From Chthonomonadales bacterium (lineage in GTDB: Bacteria; Armatimonadota; Chthonomonadetes; Chthonomonadales; Chthonomonadaceae), in the NCBI GenBank assembly GCA_038217285.1, contig JBBQPO010000048.1, forward strand, positions 1 through 27,815: a stretch of 27,815 nucleotides of DNA, in the 5' to 3' direction. This document shows positions 17,293 to 26,944 of the stretch, piece after piece. Numbering within the stretch: position 1 is the first letter of the stretch; each line of letters begins with the position of its first letter. A model generated the notes under the pieces. It searched no databases. It saw only the letters and a list, made by a program, of their open reading frames with translations, and was not told the origin of the DNA. The position numbers and the translations under genes are program-made.

Positions 17293-18576
17293 ATGAATGG
17301 TGAATTTCTCGAAGCACTTCAGGCAATTGCAAAAGAAAAAGATATACCGCTGGATACCCTGATCGAAACGGTCGAATCGGCGCTGGCGACAGCCTACAAG
17401 CGGAATAGTCCGACGACCGGCGAAGTCAAAGTGCATATCGACTCGCAACGTGGGTCCGCCCAACCGTTCTTTGTCTTCGTTGAGAAGACGGTCGTTGAAG
17501 TTGTCGAGAACGAGCAAGAGGAGATCGCGCTGGAAGATGCGCGGAAGCTCGATCCGGAAGCCCTGGTCGGCGAACCGGTCAAGATTCCTGTGCCGCTCGG
17601 CAGTTTCGGGCGTATCGCCGCGCAGACCGCCAAGCAGGTCGTGGTGCAGCGGATCCGCGAGGCCGAGCGCCGTAAGATTTTCGATGAATACAACGAGCGC
17701 GTCAGTGAGGTCGTGACCGGCACCGTGCAGCGCCGCGAAGGCGGTAATGTCGTGATCACGCTGGGGAAACTCGACGCGATTCTGCCGCGCCAGGAGCAGG
17801 TCGAATCGGAGCCGTACCGTTTCAATGATCGTATAAAAGTCTATGTGCTGGAAGTCCGCGATGGCGTCAAGGGGCCGCAGGTCATTGTCTCGCGTACCCA
17901 TCCAAGCTTGATCCGCCGCCTGTTCGAACTGGAAGTGCCGGAGATCTCCGACGGCATCGTGACCATCAAGAGCGTGGCGCGGGAGCCGGGCGCACGCTCC
18001 AAAATCGCGGTGATGAGCCGCGACGAGAAGGTCGATCCTGTTGGCGCCTGCGTAGGGCATCGCGGCGCGCGGGTTCAGGCCGTGGTCAATGAGCTTTACG
18101 ACGAAAAGATAGACATTGTACGCTGGAATGCGGACAACGGCCTCTTCATCGCAGAAGCGCTCTCACCGGCGAAAGCCGTGAAAGTGATTGTGAAAGAAGA
18201 CGAGAAAAGCGCCTTCGTCGTTGTGCCGGACAATCAACTTTCCCTGGCGATCGGTAAAGCGGGTCAGAACGTGCGCCTTGCCGCCCGACTCACCGGATGG
18301 AGGATCGACATTCGCAGCGAGGCCCAGGTGGCGCGCGCGGCTCTCATCTCGATGACCCCGAGTGACGAGGAACCGGAAGACGACCTGCCAACTCCTGAAG
18401 AAGACTCTATTGAGGAGAGTTTCATCGGGGAAGCCCCCAACGCGGAGAGCGATGGCGACATCGGGGATGCAGAGGCGGAGAATGTTGGCGTACAGGAGGC
18501 TGATTCTGTACGTATAGAAGAGGAGGAGAGCGTTTCCGTCGAGACGGCTCCTCATGATACGGAACCGGGTTCTTAA
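17293..18576 (+). CDS. nusA: Transcription termination/antitermination factor NusA
   Basis: FGRIAAQTAKQV, VSRTHP, AREPG.RSKIAV, DPVGACVG..G.RV, SLAIGK.GQNVRLAARLTGW; acidic C-terminal tail. Start at ATG 17293. Confidence 0.98.
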   Translation: MNGEFLEALQAIAKEKDIPLDTLIETVESALATAYKRNSPTTGEVKVHIDSQRGSAQPFFVFVEKTVVEVVENEQEEIALEDARKLDPEALVGEPVKIPVPLGSFGRIAAQTAKQVVVQRIREAERRKIFDEYNERVSEVVTGTVQRREGGNVVITLGKLDAILPRQEQVESEPYRFNDRIKVYVLEVRDGVKGPQVIVSRTHPSLIRRLFELEVPEISDGIVTIKSVAREPGARSKIAVMSRDEKVDPVGACVGHRGARVQAVVNELYDEKIDIVRWNADNGLFIAEALSPAKAVKVIVKEDEKSAFVVVPDNQLSLAIGKAGQNVRLAARLTGWRIDIRSEAQVARAALISMTPSDEEPEDDLPTPEEDSIEESFIGEAPNAESDGDIGDAEAENVGVQEADSVRIEEEESVSVETAPHDTEPGS

Positions 18577-18583
18577 GGATGCG

Positions 18584-18936
18584 CTGGAACGAGGCAGATT
18601 TTCGCGAAGATTGGGGTGGTTCCAGGCAGGCAGTCGCGCTGCCGGTGGAACTCAACATGGAGAACAGCTCGGTTGAAAAGACAGTGAAAACGACAAAGAA
18701 AGAGATGTGTGGCCGCATGACCGCCAAACGGTACGGGGGGTCTGCGGCCTTTGGGAGACAGCCGATGAATTAGCCGATGTTTCGGGCGAAAGCGTTTGCT
18801 TTTGCCTTCGTCGTCCGCGATTTCGCGCTGTCCCGTCGCTTTGTGGCGTCGGACGGGTTTCGCTCCTCCCGGAGCGGTTCCGCGTGTCTCCCCTCATCCT
18901 CTTTTTTCGCTCCGCACGCTGTTTCCCGAGTTCACC
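18584..18936 (+). ncRNA. Candidate structured RNA in the nusA-ylxR intergenic region
   Basis: Four nested long-range complementary segments and at least six local hairpins, identified by eye (see findings). Confidence 0.45.
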
Positions 18937-18946
18937 TGAAGAAACT

Positions 18947-19393
18947 ATGGGCAAACGCAAACATATCCCGATCCGTACCTGTGTCGCCTGCCGCGAAACC
19001 GACGAGAAACGTGACCTTATGCGCATCGTGCGTCAATCCGATGGCTCGGTTTGCTACGATCCGAAGGGCAAAATTTCTGGTAGAGGCGCCTATCTCTGCG
19101 CGCGGCCGGTGTGTGTGGAACTGGCGCGGAAACGCAAACAACTGGAACGCTCCTTGAAAGTGTCCGGTATCCCATCGGCATTCTTTGACGAGTTGGTCGC
19201 GTATGCAGCGAGCCGTGCGAACTCCTCGGCGGTCGCAGCAGGCGAGGAATCCCCGTTCGACGGATCCGCGAATGGAATGCAGACCCCTGCAAACAGTGTA
19301 ACGAACTCGCCTGGATCACACAACGGACAGGCAACCGGGAGTGCAGCGATGCGACCCGATATGTTAATCGAGAATGAGGGAGAGACTATATGA
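18947..19393 (+). CDS. ylxR: YlxR/RnpM (DUF448) RNA-binding protein with low-complexity C-terminal extension
   Basis: HIPIRTCVACR...KRDLMRIVR, GK..GRGAYLC...C...A.K...L.RSLK; canonical position before infB; ATGA overlap with infB. Confidence 0.93.
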   Translation: MGKRKHIPIRTCVACRETDEKRDLMRIVRQSDGSVCYDPKGKISGRGAYLCARPVCVELARKRKQLERSLKVSGIPSAFFDELVAYAASRANSSAVAAGEESPFDGSANGMQTPANSVTNSPGSHNGQATGSAAMRPDMLIENEGETI

Positions 19394-21348
19394 CAGCTAT
19401 TGCGGGCATCCGTCTGACGGACCTTGCGAAGGAACTCAAGATGACCACCCCCGAAATGGTCACGACCCTGAAGGAACTGGGCGTCTCCATTACCGGAGCG
19501 ACCGCGTTGCTCGACCCCGAGACGGCGAACACGGTGCGCGGACTGCTGGGCAAATCCGCGTCTACGGAGAAGATTGCGGAGATCGGTGGGGACGCTACGC
19601 TGAAAGACCTGGCGGAAGCCATGGGTATTCAGGCCAATGCGGCGGCGAAGAAGATGATGGACCTTGGCGAACTGGTAGGGCCGCATCAGCGCCTCTCCCG
19701 TCCGCTTGCGGATCGCCTGGCTGGGGCCTACGGCTACACGGTTCGTATCAAAGTGGAACCCAAGCCGACCGTTGCGTCGATTCATGCCAAACATAAAGCG
19801 CCCGGAGGCGCGCTGGCGGCTCGACCGCCTATCGTCACGATCATGGGTCATGTCGATCACGGCAAGACCACGCTGCTCGACGCCATCCGGAAGACCAACG
19901 TCGTCGAAGGCGAGTTTGGCGGCATCACCCAGCACATCGGTGCGTACCAGGTCGAGGTCGATCACAACGGCGAGAAGCGCAAAATCACCTTCCTCGATAC
20001 TCCCGGTCACGCGGCTTTTACGGCGATGCGTCAGCGCGGTGCCAGCGTCACCGATATCGTGATCCTCGTGGTGGCTGCCGACGATGGCATCATGCCCCAG
20101 ACCATCGAAGCCATTCAGCACGCGCAGGAGGCCAAAGTCCCGATCATCGTTGCGGTGAACAAGATGGACAAGCCCGACACGACTCCCGAACGCGTCAAGC
20201 TCCAGTTGACCGAACATAACCTGGTCGTGGAAGAGTATGGCGGCGATGTCATCGCGGTCCCGATCTCCGCAAAGACGGGCTTGGGCATCAACGACCTGCT
20301 GGACTATGTCCTGCTGCTCGCAGATGTGGCGGAACTGAAAGCCGATCCCAGTGGACATGCCATCGGCGCAATCGTCGAAGCCAAAGTCGCGCCTGGACGC
20401 GGCCCTGTGGCGACAATGTTGGTTCAGAGCGGTACGCTGCGCGCCGGGGATGCCGTCGTCGCGGGCGTCACCTACGGTAAGGTGCGCGCCATGACCAATG
20501 ACAAAGGGGAGAAGCTTGTCAAAGCGCCGCCCTCGACCCCGGTAGAGATCATCGGGCTGAACGCGGCGCCCTCCGCAGGCGATGTCGTCGAGGTCGTGAA
20601 GTCGGACAAAGAGGCCCGTGCTATCGCGGAACGGCGGATGCAGCGCGAGCGCGTTGTTCGCATGGGCAACACCGGCAAAAAGATCACTCTCGCCGACCTT
20701 TCGAAGCAGGTCGGACCTACGAAGGACTTCAACGTCATCGTCAAAGGCGATGTGCAGGGAAGCGTCGAAGCGGTCGTCGGACAGCTTATCAAAGTCGAAG
20801 AGAACAAGAAGGAAGCAGAAGTGCGGCTGGTCATCAAGGCTAGCGGCGTCGGCACCATCAACGAGTCCGACATTCAGCTTGCCGAGGCGACCGACAGCAC
20901 GGTGATCGGATTCAACGTTCGTCTCGAATCGAACGTGGAACGGGCCGCCGAACGCGACGATGTTACTGTTCTGACGTTCAACATCATCTATGATCTGGTG
21001 GCAGCCGTCGAAAAGACGATGAAGAAGATGCTGACGCCGATCTACGAAGAGGTGCCGCTGGGCAAGGCCGAGGTGCAAGTACCGTTTAAGACCTCGACCG
21101 GCATCTACATCGCAGGAAGCCGCGTAACGGAAGGCAAGATCGTTCGTGGCGCGTTTGTACGCTTGCGACGCGGCAAGGAGGTCATGAACTCCGCCGGCCG
21201 TATCGATTCGCTGAAACGTGTCAAAGACGACGTGCGCGAAGTGGCAACAGGCATTGAGTGCGGTATCACCATCGGGGACTGGAAGGAAGTGTACCAGCCC
21301 GGCGACATTCTCGAAGTGTTCGAGATGCGCGAGATCGAACGCGACTGA
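19390..21348 (+). CDS. infB: Translation initiation factor IF-2
   Basis: RPPIVTIMGHVDHGKTTLLD, GGITQHIGAY, FLDTPGHAAF, NKMD, KGDVQGSVEA, ECGI. Confidence 0.99.
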   Translation: MTAIAGIRLTDLAKELKMTTPEMVTTLKELGVSITGATALLDPETANTVRGLLGKSASTEKIAEIGGDATLKDLAEAMGIQANAAAKKMMDLGELVGPHQRLSRPLADRLAGAYGYTVRIKVEPKPTVASIHAKHKAPGGALAARPPIVTIMGHVDHGKTTLLDAIRKTNVVEGEFGGITQHIGAYQVEVDHNGEKRKITFLDTPGHAAFTAMRQRGASVTDIVILVVAADDGIMPQTIEAIQHAQEAKVPIIVAVNKMDKPDTTPERVKLQLTEHNLVVEEYGGDVIAVPISAKTGLGINDLLDYVLLLADVAELKADPSGHAIGAIVEAKVAPGRGPVATMLVQSGTLRAGDAVVAGVTYGKVRAMTNDKGEKLVKAPPSTPVEIIGLNAAPSAGDVVEVVKSDKEARAIAERRMQRERVVRMGNTGKKITLADLSKQVGPTKDFNVIVKGDVQGSVEAVVGQLIKVEENKKEAEVRLVIKASGVGTINESDIQLAEATDSTVIGFNVRLESNVERAAERDDVTVLTFNIIYDLVAAVEKTMKKMLTPIYEEVPLGKAEVQVPFKTSTGIYIAGSRVTEGKIVRGAFVRLRRGKEVMNSAGRIDSLKRVKDDVREVATGIECGITIGDWKEVYQPGDILEVFEMREIERD

Positions 21349-21412
21349 CAACACGCGGTTCCAGCCCCGACCGCCGAACCCTTTGAACGGGGAGGGGCAG
21401 GTCAACATGACA

Positions 21413-21480
21413 ATGCATATCAGAACACTCACCGTCGTCCTCCGGTGGAAGTCGGGGAGGTCGAGTTGGAACTGCTCTGA
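21413..21480 (+). pseudogene. Collapsed DUF503 (YlxP) relic
   Basis: MHIRTLTVVL is joined out of frame to PVEVGEVELELL-stop. These resemble the N- and C-termini of DUF503, at its usual position between infB and rbfA. Confidence 0.6.
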
Positions 21481-21516
21481 CTCCGGCCTGACCCCTGAAA
21501 GATCGGGTTAAAGAAG

Positions 21517-21921
21517 ATGAGCGTTCGACAGGAACGGGTTCAAGAGCAGTTGGTTCAGGAGCTGAGTGAGATGATACGCCGCGACCTGCGGGATCCGCGC
21601 ATCGGGTTCGTGACGCTGACCGGGGCGGAGATTACCGGCGATCTGCGGCATGCCAAGGTCTTCGTCAGTATCTATGGGACGGCGGAAGAGCAGAAACAGA
21701 CGCTGAAAGCGCTCAATGGTGCAAGCGGAATATTGCGCGGAGAGTTCGCACGACGCGTACACTTGCGCCTTGCGCCGGATATCGAGTTTCGACTGGACGA
21801 AGGCATCGCACGCGGACAGCGGATCTTTGAGCTGCTGCATTCCGTCGAGGGCGACCTGAAACCGCAAACCGAGGTTGTCGAACCGGTCGTCGAGACGGAA
21901 AGCTCACACGAAGCCTCATGA
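21517..21921 (+). CDS. rbfA: 30S ribosome-binding factor RbfA
   Basis: RQERV.E....ELS, DPRIGFVT, DLRHAKVFVS, LR.AP.I.F.LD. Confidence 0.97.
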   Translation: MSVRQERVQEQLVQELSEMIRRDLRDPRIGFVTLTGAEITGDLRHAKVFVSIYGTAEEQKQTLKALNGASGILRGEFARRVHLRLAPDIEFRLDEGIARGQRIFELLHSVEGDLKPQTEVVEPVVETESSHEAS

Positions 21922-22898
21922 GAAAGCCGGTCAAAGAAGCGGCGGCAGCCATCGATGCGGCCCACCGGATCGTCCTGGCAGGGCATGTCAATCCAGATGG
22001 CGACACCCTGGGATGTGTCCTCGCACTCGCGCACGTTCTGCGCAATGCTGGGAAGGACGTCACGGCGATCAGTACGGACGGCGTCCCCGACATCTATCGC
22101 TGGATGCCGGGTGCGGATCAGATCGTTACCGGCACGGAGCGGCGGGATTTCGATCTCGCCATCGTCTGTGATGCGGGCGCGCTGGAGCGGATCGGACGCA
22201 ACGTCGTCCCTGCCATTGAGTCGGCTCCGCGCCTGATCGACATCGACCATCATGTCGCGGATGGCGTCTTCGGCGACATCCGCATTCTCGACGTCACGGC
22301 GGCGGCCACGGCGGAACTGGTGTGGCTATTGATATTTGCCCTTGGCAAATTGTGGGGTCGGGACGTTACCGATAAGGCGGTCGCGGAGTGCCTGATGACG
22401 GGGCTGATTACCGACACCGGCTCTTTTCGTTTTTTGAATGTCACACCGCGCACGTTTCTTCTCGCCGCTCGCCTTCAACGCCTCGGCGCGCTGCCTGCCC
22501 CTATCACCGAGTTGGTCTTCGAAAATCGATCCTATGCCAGCGTCAAACTACTCGGACGCGCCGTCGAATCTATGCAATGTACGGACGACGGACGCGTGGC
22601 CTGGGCGCACGTTCGCGCTCAGGACTTCGCCGATCTCGATGCGACCGACGCGGACACGGAAGGTATTGTCAATCACATTCGGGCCGTCAACGGCGTTCAG
22701 GTTGGGATACTGTTTCGTGAGGTGCCGGGCAAAAAAGTGCGCATCAGTTTACGGGCGCGCGATGGAGCGGATGTCAATCGTATTGCGAACGTTTTCGGGG
22801 GTGGTGGACATAAACTGGCCGCAGGCTGTTCGGCCGAACCCCCGCTTGCGGATGTGGAGAGCGCGGTGGTCGCTGAGACGGTGCGGCAGTTGGGCTGA
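21918..22898 (+). CDS. nrnA: DHH/DHHA1 oligoribonuclease/pAp phosphatase
   Basis: HVNPDGD, IDHH, TDTGSF, SLRAR, FGGGGH.LAAG. Confidence 0.92.
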   Translation: MRKPVKEAAAAIDAAHRIVLAGHVNPDGDTLGCVLALAHVLRNAGKDVTAISTDGVPDIYRWMPGADQIVTGTERRDFDLAIVCDAGALERIGRNVVPAIESAPRLIDIDHHVADGVFGDIRILDVTAAATAELVWLLIFALGKLWGRDVTDKAVAECLMTGLITDTGSFRFLNVTPRTFLLAARLQRLGALPAPITELVFENRSYASVKLLGRAVESMQCTDDGRVAWAHVRAQDFADLDATDADTEGIVNHIRAVNGVQVGILFREVPGKKVRISLRARDGADVNRIANVFGGGGHKLAAGCSAEPPLADVESAVVAETVRQLG

Positions 22899-22926
22899 TG
22901 GCTCGGAATGGATGAAGGAGCACGGT

Positions 22927-23865
22927 ATGCTGCCGGTAAGCGGAATCGTGGTGGTGAATAAGTCGGCCGGGATGACGTCGCACGATGTGGTCGATGTGTT
23001 GCGGCGGCTTTTCCGTACCAAACGCATTGGCCATACCGGAACGCTTGATCCGGATGCGACCGGTGTGCTGGTGCTCTGCGTGGGCAACGCGACCCGGCTT
23101 GTCGAGTACCTGACCGCCGCGCGCAAGCACTACGTCACCGAGATCGTGCTGGGCATCGAAACAGATACGCAGGACGCCTCCGGTAATATCGTCACCGAGC
23201 GCGACGCCGATCATCTAACGGAGGCGGACGTCCTCGCGTTACTGCCCCGGTTTCGAGGTACAATAGAACAGGTTCCTCCCATGGTTTCCGCCCGCCATCA
23301 CGAGGGCAAACGGCTCTATGAACTGGCAAGGGCGGGTATTACGGTGGAACGCGAGCCCCGGCCCGTTCAGATCGACGCATTGGAGATGACGGCCTTTCTT
23401 CCCGGCCCGCGCCCGCAAGCCACATTAGAGGTTACCTGTTCGACTGGGACCTATATCCGTACGCTCGCGGCGGATATCGGTGCGGCAGCAGGAACCGGCG
23501 GCATGATGCGGACTCTGCTGCGTACCTGGGTAGGAAACGCGGACGGAGCGTTTACGTTGGCGGATGCCCATTCGCTGGAAGAGTTGCGTTGCCGAGCCGA
23601 GGAGCAGACACTTTCGGGTGTCGTTATTCCGCTCGAAGCTGTCGTGGCCGACTGGCTGACAGCACGCCTCGACGCCGCACAGACCGCACGATTCCGCAGC
23701 GGACAGGCGGTCCCAAGGAGCGAGATCAGGCTTACCTGTGAACCTCTCGAGCAAACGTCGCCCGTGGCGGTACTCGACGACTTCGGAGCGTTGTGCGGCC
23801 TCGCGAAATTGGATATCGATCAGTTGCATCCTATGAAAGTGTTCCCATCGGAATCCCCGGACTAA
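22927..23865 (+). CDS. truB: tRNA pseudouridine(55) synthase
   Basis: NK..GMTSHDVV, GHTGTLDPDATGVL, QVPPMVSA, GKRLYELAR.G, CS.GTYIRTLA.DIG. AAGGAG SD before ATG 22927. Confidence 0.97.
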   Translation: MLPVSGIVVVNKSAGMTSHDVVDVLRRLFRTKRIGHTGTLDPDATGVLVLCVGNATRLVEYLTAARKHYVTEIVLGIETDTQDASGNIVTERDADHLTEADVLALLPRFRGTIEQVPPMVSARHHEGKRLYELARAGITVEREPRPVQIDALEMTAFLPGPRPQATLEVTCSTGTYIRTLAADIGAAAGTGGMMRTLLRTWVGNADGAFTLADAHSLEELRCRAEEQTLSGVVIPLEAVVADWLTARLDAAQTARFRSGQAVPRSEIRLTCEPLEQTSPVAVLDDFGALCGLAKLDIDQLHPMKVFPSESPD

Positions 23866-23914
23866 GGGAGATGCATTCCGGTCGGGTTTTACCAAACGAA
23901 GTGTATACCTCACG

Positions 23915-24850
23915 ATGAATGTCTTTGAGGGTCTGGAAACACTCCCACAACCCTATACTGCCTCTTCCCTGGCCATCGGAACCTTCGACGGCGTTCACAT
24001 CGGTCATCAGGCGATCATACGCACTGCGGTCGAAGACGCACGCTCCCACGGTCGGCCTGCGCTCGTCCTCACGTTTGACCGACATCCTTCGGAATTGCTC
24101 TCTCCCGACCGTGTTCCAGGTCTGCTCACCACGCCGGACCAACGGAATCGTTATATCGCCGAGCTTGGCGCGGATGGCCTGGTCATCGTCCGCTTCGATC
24201 AGGCGCTTGCTCAACTCACTCCAGAGGCGTTTCTCCGTACCATCCTCAAAGACCGACTCGGCGCACAGGCTATCGTTGTGGGAGCGAACTTCTGTTTCGG
24301 CAAGGGGCGCGCTGGAGATGTAGCGTACCTTGAAGAGGCCCAGTCGGAGTTCGATTTTACCCTCCGTGCGCTGCAGCCGATCCGTGTGGGAGATCTGCCG
24401 GCGAGCAGCACGCGCATTCGGGAACGCCTTCGTGTGGGGGACATAGCAGGGGCCGAAACCCTGCTGAACCATCCTTTTCTGCTTGCAGGCATCGTTGTTG
24501 AGGGGCAGAAGCTGGGGCGCACGCTCGGCTATCCGACCGCCAATCTGGCGTTGACCTGTCGGCAGGTCGTTCCTGCAGATGGCATCTATGCGGTTCGCGC
24601 CGTCCTGGAGGATGGTCAGAGGGTGGGGGGAGCGTGCAGCATTGGAAACCGACCCACCATCGAAGGCGCCGGCTATTCTATCGAAACCTATCTCTTCGAC
24701 TTCGCAGCAGACATCTACGGCAGGGGCATGGAACTGCGATTTGTAAAGCGCTTGCGTGACGAACTTAAGTTCGACTCCCTGGAGGCTTTGACGGCGCAGA
24801 TGGCGCTGGATGTGACGGCGGCTCGTGCCGCTCTGGAGGCAGAACAGTGA
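23915..24850 (+). CDS. ribF: Bifunctional riboflavin kinase/FAD synthetase
   Basis: IGTFDGVHIGHQ, SSTRIR, GRTLGYPTAN, IG.RPT, E.YLFDF..DIYG, LR.E.KF. Confidence 0.97.
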   Translation: MNVFEGLETLPQPYTASSLAIGTFDGVHIGHQAIIRTAVEDARSHGRPALVLTFDRHPSELLSPDRVPGLLTTPDQRNRYIAELGADGLVIVRFDQALAQLTPEAFLRTILKDRLGAQAIVVGANFCFGKGRAGDVAYLEEAQSEFDFTLRALQPIRVGDLPASSTRIRERLRVGDIAGAETLLNHPFLLAGIVVEGQKLGRTLGYPTANLALTCRQVVPADGIYAVRAVLEDGQRVGGACSIGNRPTIEGAGYSIETYLFDFAADIYGRGMELRFVKRLRDELKFDSLEALTAQMALDVTAARAALEAEQ

Positions 24851-25728
24851 CAACAGACTACGCTCGGTACAACGACGGCAGCGACACTCCACCGCGTTTG
24901 CGGATTCAGCACTCGCTCTGGTCGCTTATCAAACTTCCTTTCAACGCCTCGGTCGAGTGGACTTTGGACGAGAAGTTCCAGAGGGCAAAGGCGGAGGGGT
25001 TCGAGGCGGTCGAATGCTGGCTCAACGACGACAACGAGGCGGAGCACCGCACGGCACTGGACAGGGCAGGTCTGCGACTCATCCTGGGACATCGTCCGTT
25101 CCAACTACAGGACGTGCGGGCGACGGTAGAACGCGCCCTGCGCCTCCATGCCGATTTTATATTCGCGCAGCCCGCCGACGCGTTTACGCCCGTCGGGGAG
25201 GTGGCAGCGCTGGTCCGGGAGGGGCGCAAGATCGCCAATGACAACGGGCTGGCATTCTTCGTGGAGATCCACCGCAACAACTTTACCGAGAATCTGCCGC
25301 AGATCAAGCAGCTCATCGAGCTTGTGCCGGACATTCGCTTCACCGCCGACCTCTCGCACCTTGTCGTCTGCGGCGAGTTCTATGGATGGGAAGACGAGCG
25401 CGCTGTGGATCGGCTAATGCCGGTGCTGGAGCGTACAGCGCACATGCACGGCCGTATCTCCAATGGGGAGCAGGTGCAGGTCGATGTCGGGGATGGCTCC
25501 AATGCGACCGCTCAGTTCTTCGTCCGGCTCTGGGCGACGGCGATGACCCACTGGCTCAAGGACGCTGGCCCCGGCGACGTTCTGCCATTTGCCAGTGAAC
25601 TCGGCCCCCCGCGCTATGCCATCACGACACCGGAGGGCAAAGAGATAAGCGACCGTTGGGAGCAGAGCCTGGTGATGAAGCGACTGGCGGAGCAGGCCTG
25701 GAAGACCGCTGTCGAAAGCAAAGGATAG
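24847..25728 (+). CDS. Xylose-isomerase-like TIM-barrel protein (sugar phosphate isomerase/epimerase family)
   Basis: GFEAVE, VEIHR, TADLSH, HMHGR, ELGPP.YAIT, DRWEQSL; GTG start overlaps the ribF stop (GTGA). Confidence 0.8.
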   Translation: MTTDYARYNDGSDTPPRLRIQHSLWSLIKLPFNASVEWTLDEKFQRAKAEGFEAVECWLNDDNEAEHRTALDRAGLRLILGHRPFQLQDVRATVERALRLHADFIFAQPADAFTPVGEVAALVREGRKIANDNGLAFFVEIHRNNFTENLPQIKQLIELVPDIRFTADLSHLVVCGEFYGWEDERAVDRLMPVLERTAHMHGRISNGEQVQVDVGDGSNATAQFFVRLWATAMTHWLKDAGPGDVLPFASELGPPRYAITTPEGKEISDRWEQSLVMKRLAEQAWKTAVESKG

Positions 25729-25730
25729 TC

Positions 25731-26363
25731 ATGGAGATCGTGCGCTACGAACTCGGCCCGATGGCCAACAACACCTATCTGATTATCGACGAAGCGACAC
25801 GCGACGCCGCGATTGTCGATCCGTCCTTCGACTCCGAATCCCTCTGGCCGGAAATCGAAGGGCATAACGTGCATGTCCGTTATATTCTGAACACTCACGC
25901 CCACTTCGACCATATTATTGGCAACGCGTTTTATGTCGGGAAGACGGGCGCTCCGCTGGCGCTTCATCGCGCCGACCTCGACCGACTCCGCGCTCTGCCC
26001 GACCACGCGCGACGCTACCATTTCGCCGCGACGCCCTCGCCGGATCCGACGCTGTTTTTGGAGGACGGGCAGGCCCTGACCCTCGGAGCCACGTCGATCC
26101 GCGTCGTCCATACGCCGGGGCACTCTCCTGGCAGCGTCACCTTCCTGTTCGATGATGTTGCGATTGTCGGAGACGTGCTGTTCGCTGGCAGTATCGGTCG
26201 CACCGACCTGCCGGGCTCGTCTACGCAAACGCTGTTGCACTCCATCCGCACTCAACTGTTGACGCTGCCCGACGAGACGAAGGTTCTGCCCGGCCACAAT
26301 GAGCCGACGATGATCGGCCAGGAGCGCGCCACCAACCCGTTTCTTCAGGACTTAGCGCCATGA
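25731..26363 (+). CDS. MBL-fold metallo-hydrolase, glyoxalase II-like
   Basis: NTHAHFDH (HxHxDH), TPGHSPG, GDVLF.GSIGRTDLPG, PGH, E...NPF. Confidence 0.92.
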   Translation: MEIVRYELGPMANNTYLIIDEATRDAAIVDPSFDSESLWPEIEGHNVHVRYILNTHAHFDHIIGNAFYVGKTGAPLALHRADLDRLRALPDHARRYHFAATPSPDPTLFLEDGQALTLGATSIRVVHTPGHSPGSVTFLFDDVAIVGDVLFAGSIGRTDLPGSSTQTLLHSIRTQLLTLPDETKVLPGHNEPTMIGQERATNPFLQDLAP

Positions 26364-26932
26364 AGCCGACGCATGACCGCGCGTTCAAGGAGTGGGCCGT
26401 CTCGTGCGAGGCGCTTCAAGCGGGCCGTCAGACTCTGTTGATCCGCAAAGGAGGCATCCGCGAGGATGGGGGCGTCTTCCGCATCGATGACCCGGAGTTC
26501 TGGCTGATGCCCACCTACGAGCACCAGAACGCCGCGCTGCTCCAGCCGGAATGGGTGCCGGCGCTGGAAGCCATTCAGTCCACATCTCACCACGCTCATG
26601 AAGTCACCCTGACCGCGTACGCCGTTGTCGATACGATCTGTGTCGCCAGCGATGACGCCCAGGTCAATGCACTCGCCCATGAACATATCTGGAATCCTAG
26701 TTATGTCAAAATGCGTTTCGACTTCAATCCGTACGATCCTCTGTACATCGTTCTGTTACGCGTCTATCGCCTTTCGTCCCCGATAACCGTCCCGATGCTG
26801 CCGGACTACGAGGGCTGCAAGTCCTGGGTGACATTGGCACAGTCCTTCTCGACGACCGGTGCCACCCCTGTCCTTTCTGAAACCGATTTCGCGTCAAGAC
26901 GTGAAGTCATACTTAATCGTTTCGATTCCTGA
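26360..26932 (+). CDS. DUF1802 family protein
   Basis: AFKEWA....AL..GRQ.LL.RKGGIRE, F.L.PTYEHQ, HIW, Y.GC.SWV. Confidence 0.88.
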   Translation: MKPTHDRAFKEWAVSCEALQAGRQTLLIRKGGIREDGGVFRIDDPEFWLMPTYEHQNAALLQPEWVPALEAIQSTSHHAHEVTLTAYAVVDTICVASDDAQVNALAHEHIWNPSYVKMRFDFNPYDPLYIVLLRVYRLSSPITVPMLPDYEGCKSWVTLAQSFSTTGATPVLSETDFASRREVILNRFDS

Positions 26933-26944
26933 GCGCCGAACGAC

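Noticed and set aside
18657-18773. 38-codon ORF (MENSSVEK...) in the nusA-ylxR spacer as a leader peptide
   Set aside because: No clear SD and no telling composition; cannot be supported without ribosome profiling.
18577-18946. RNase P RNA, tmRNA or tRNA in intergenic regions
   Set aside because: No GAGGAAAGUCC-type RNase P core, tRNA T-loop/CCA or tag-reading features were found by eye.
19090-21432. 780-aa minus-strand ORF
   Set aside because: Antisense shadow of infB. The same applies to 17035-18060, 10418-11395 and 23831-24892.
22438-22926. N-terminal extension of TruB
   Set aside because: Overlaps nrnA in another frame; the SD supports ATG 22927.
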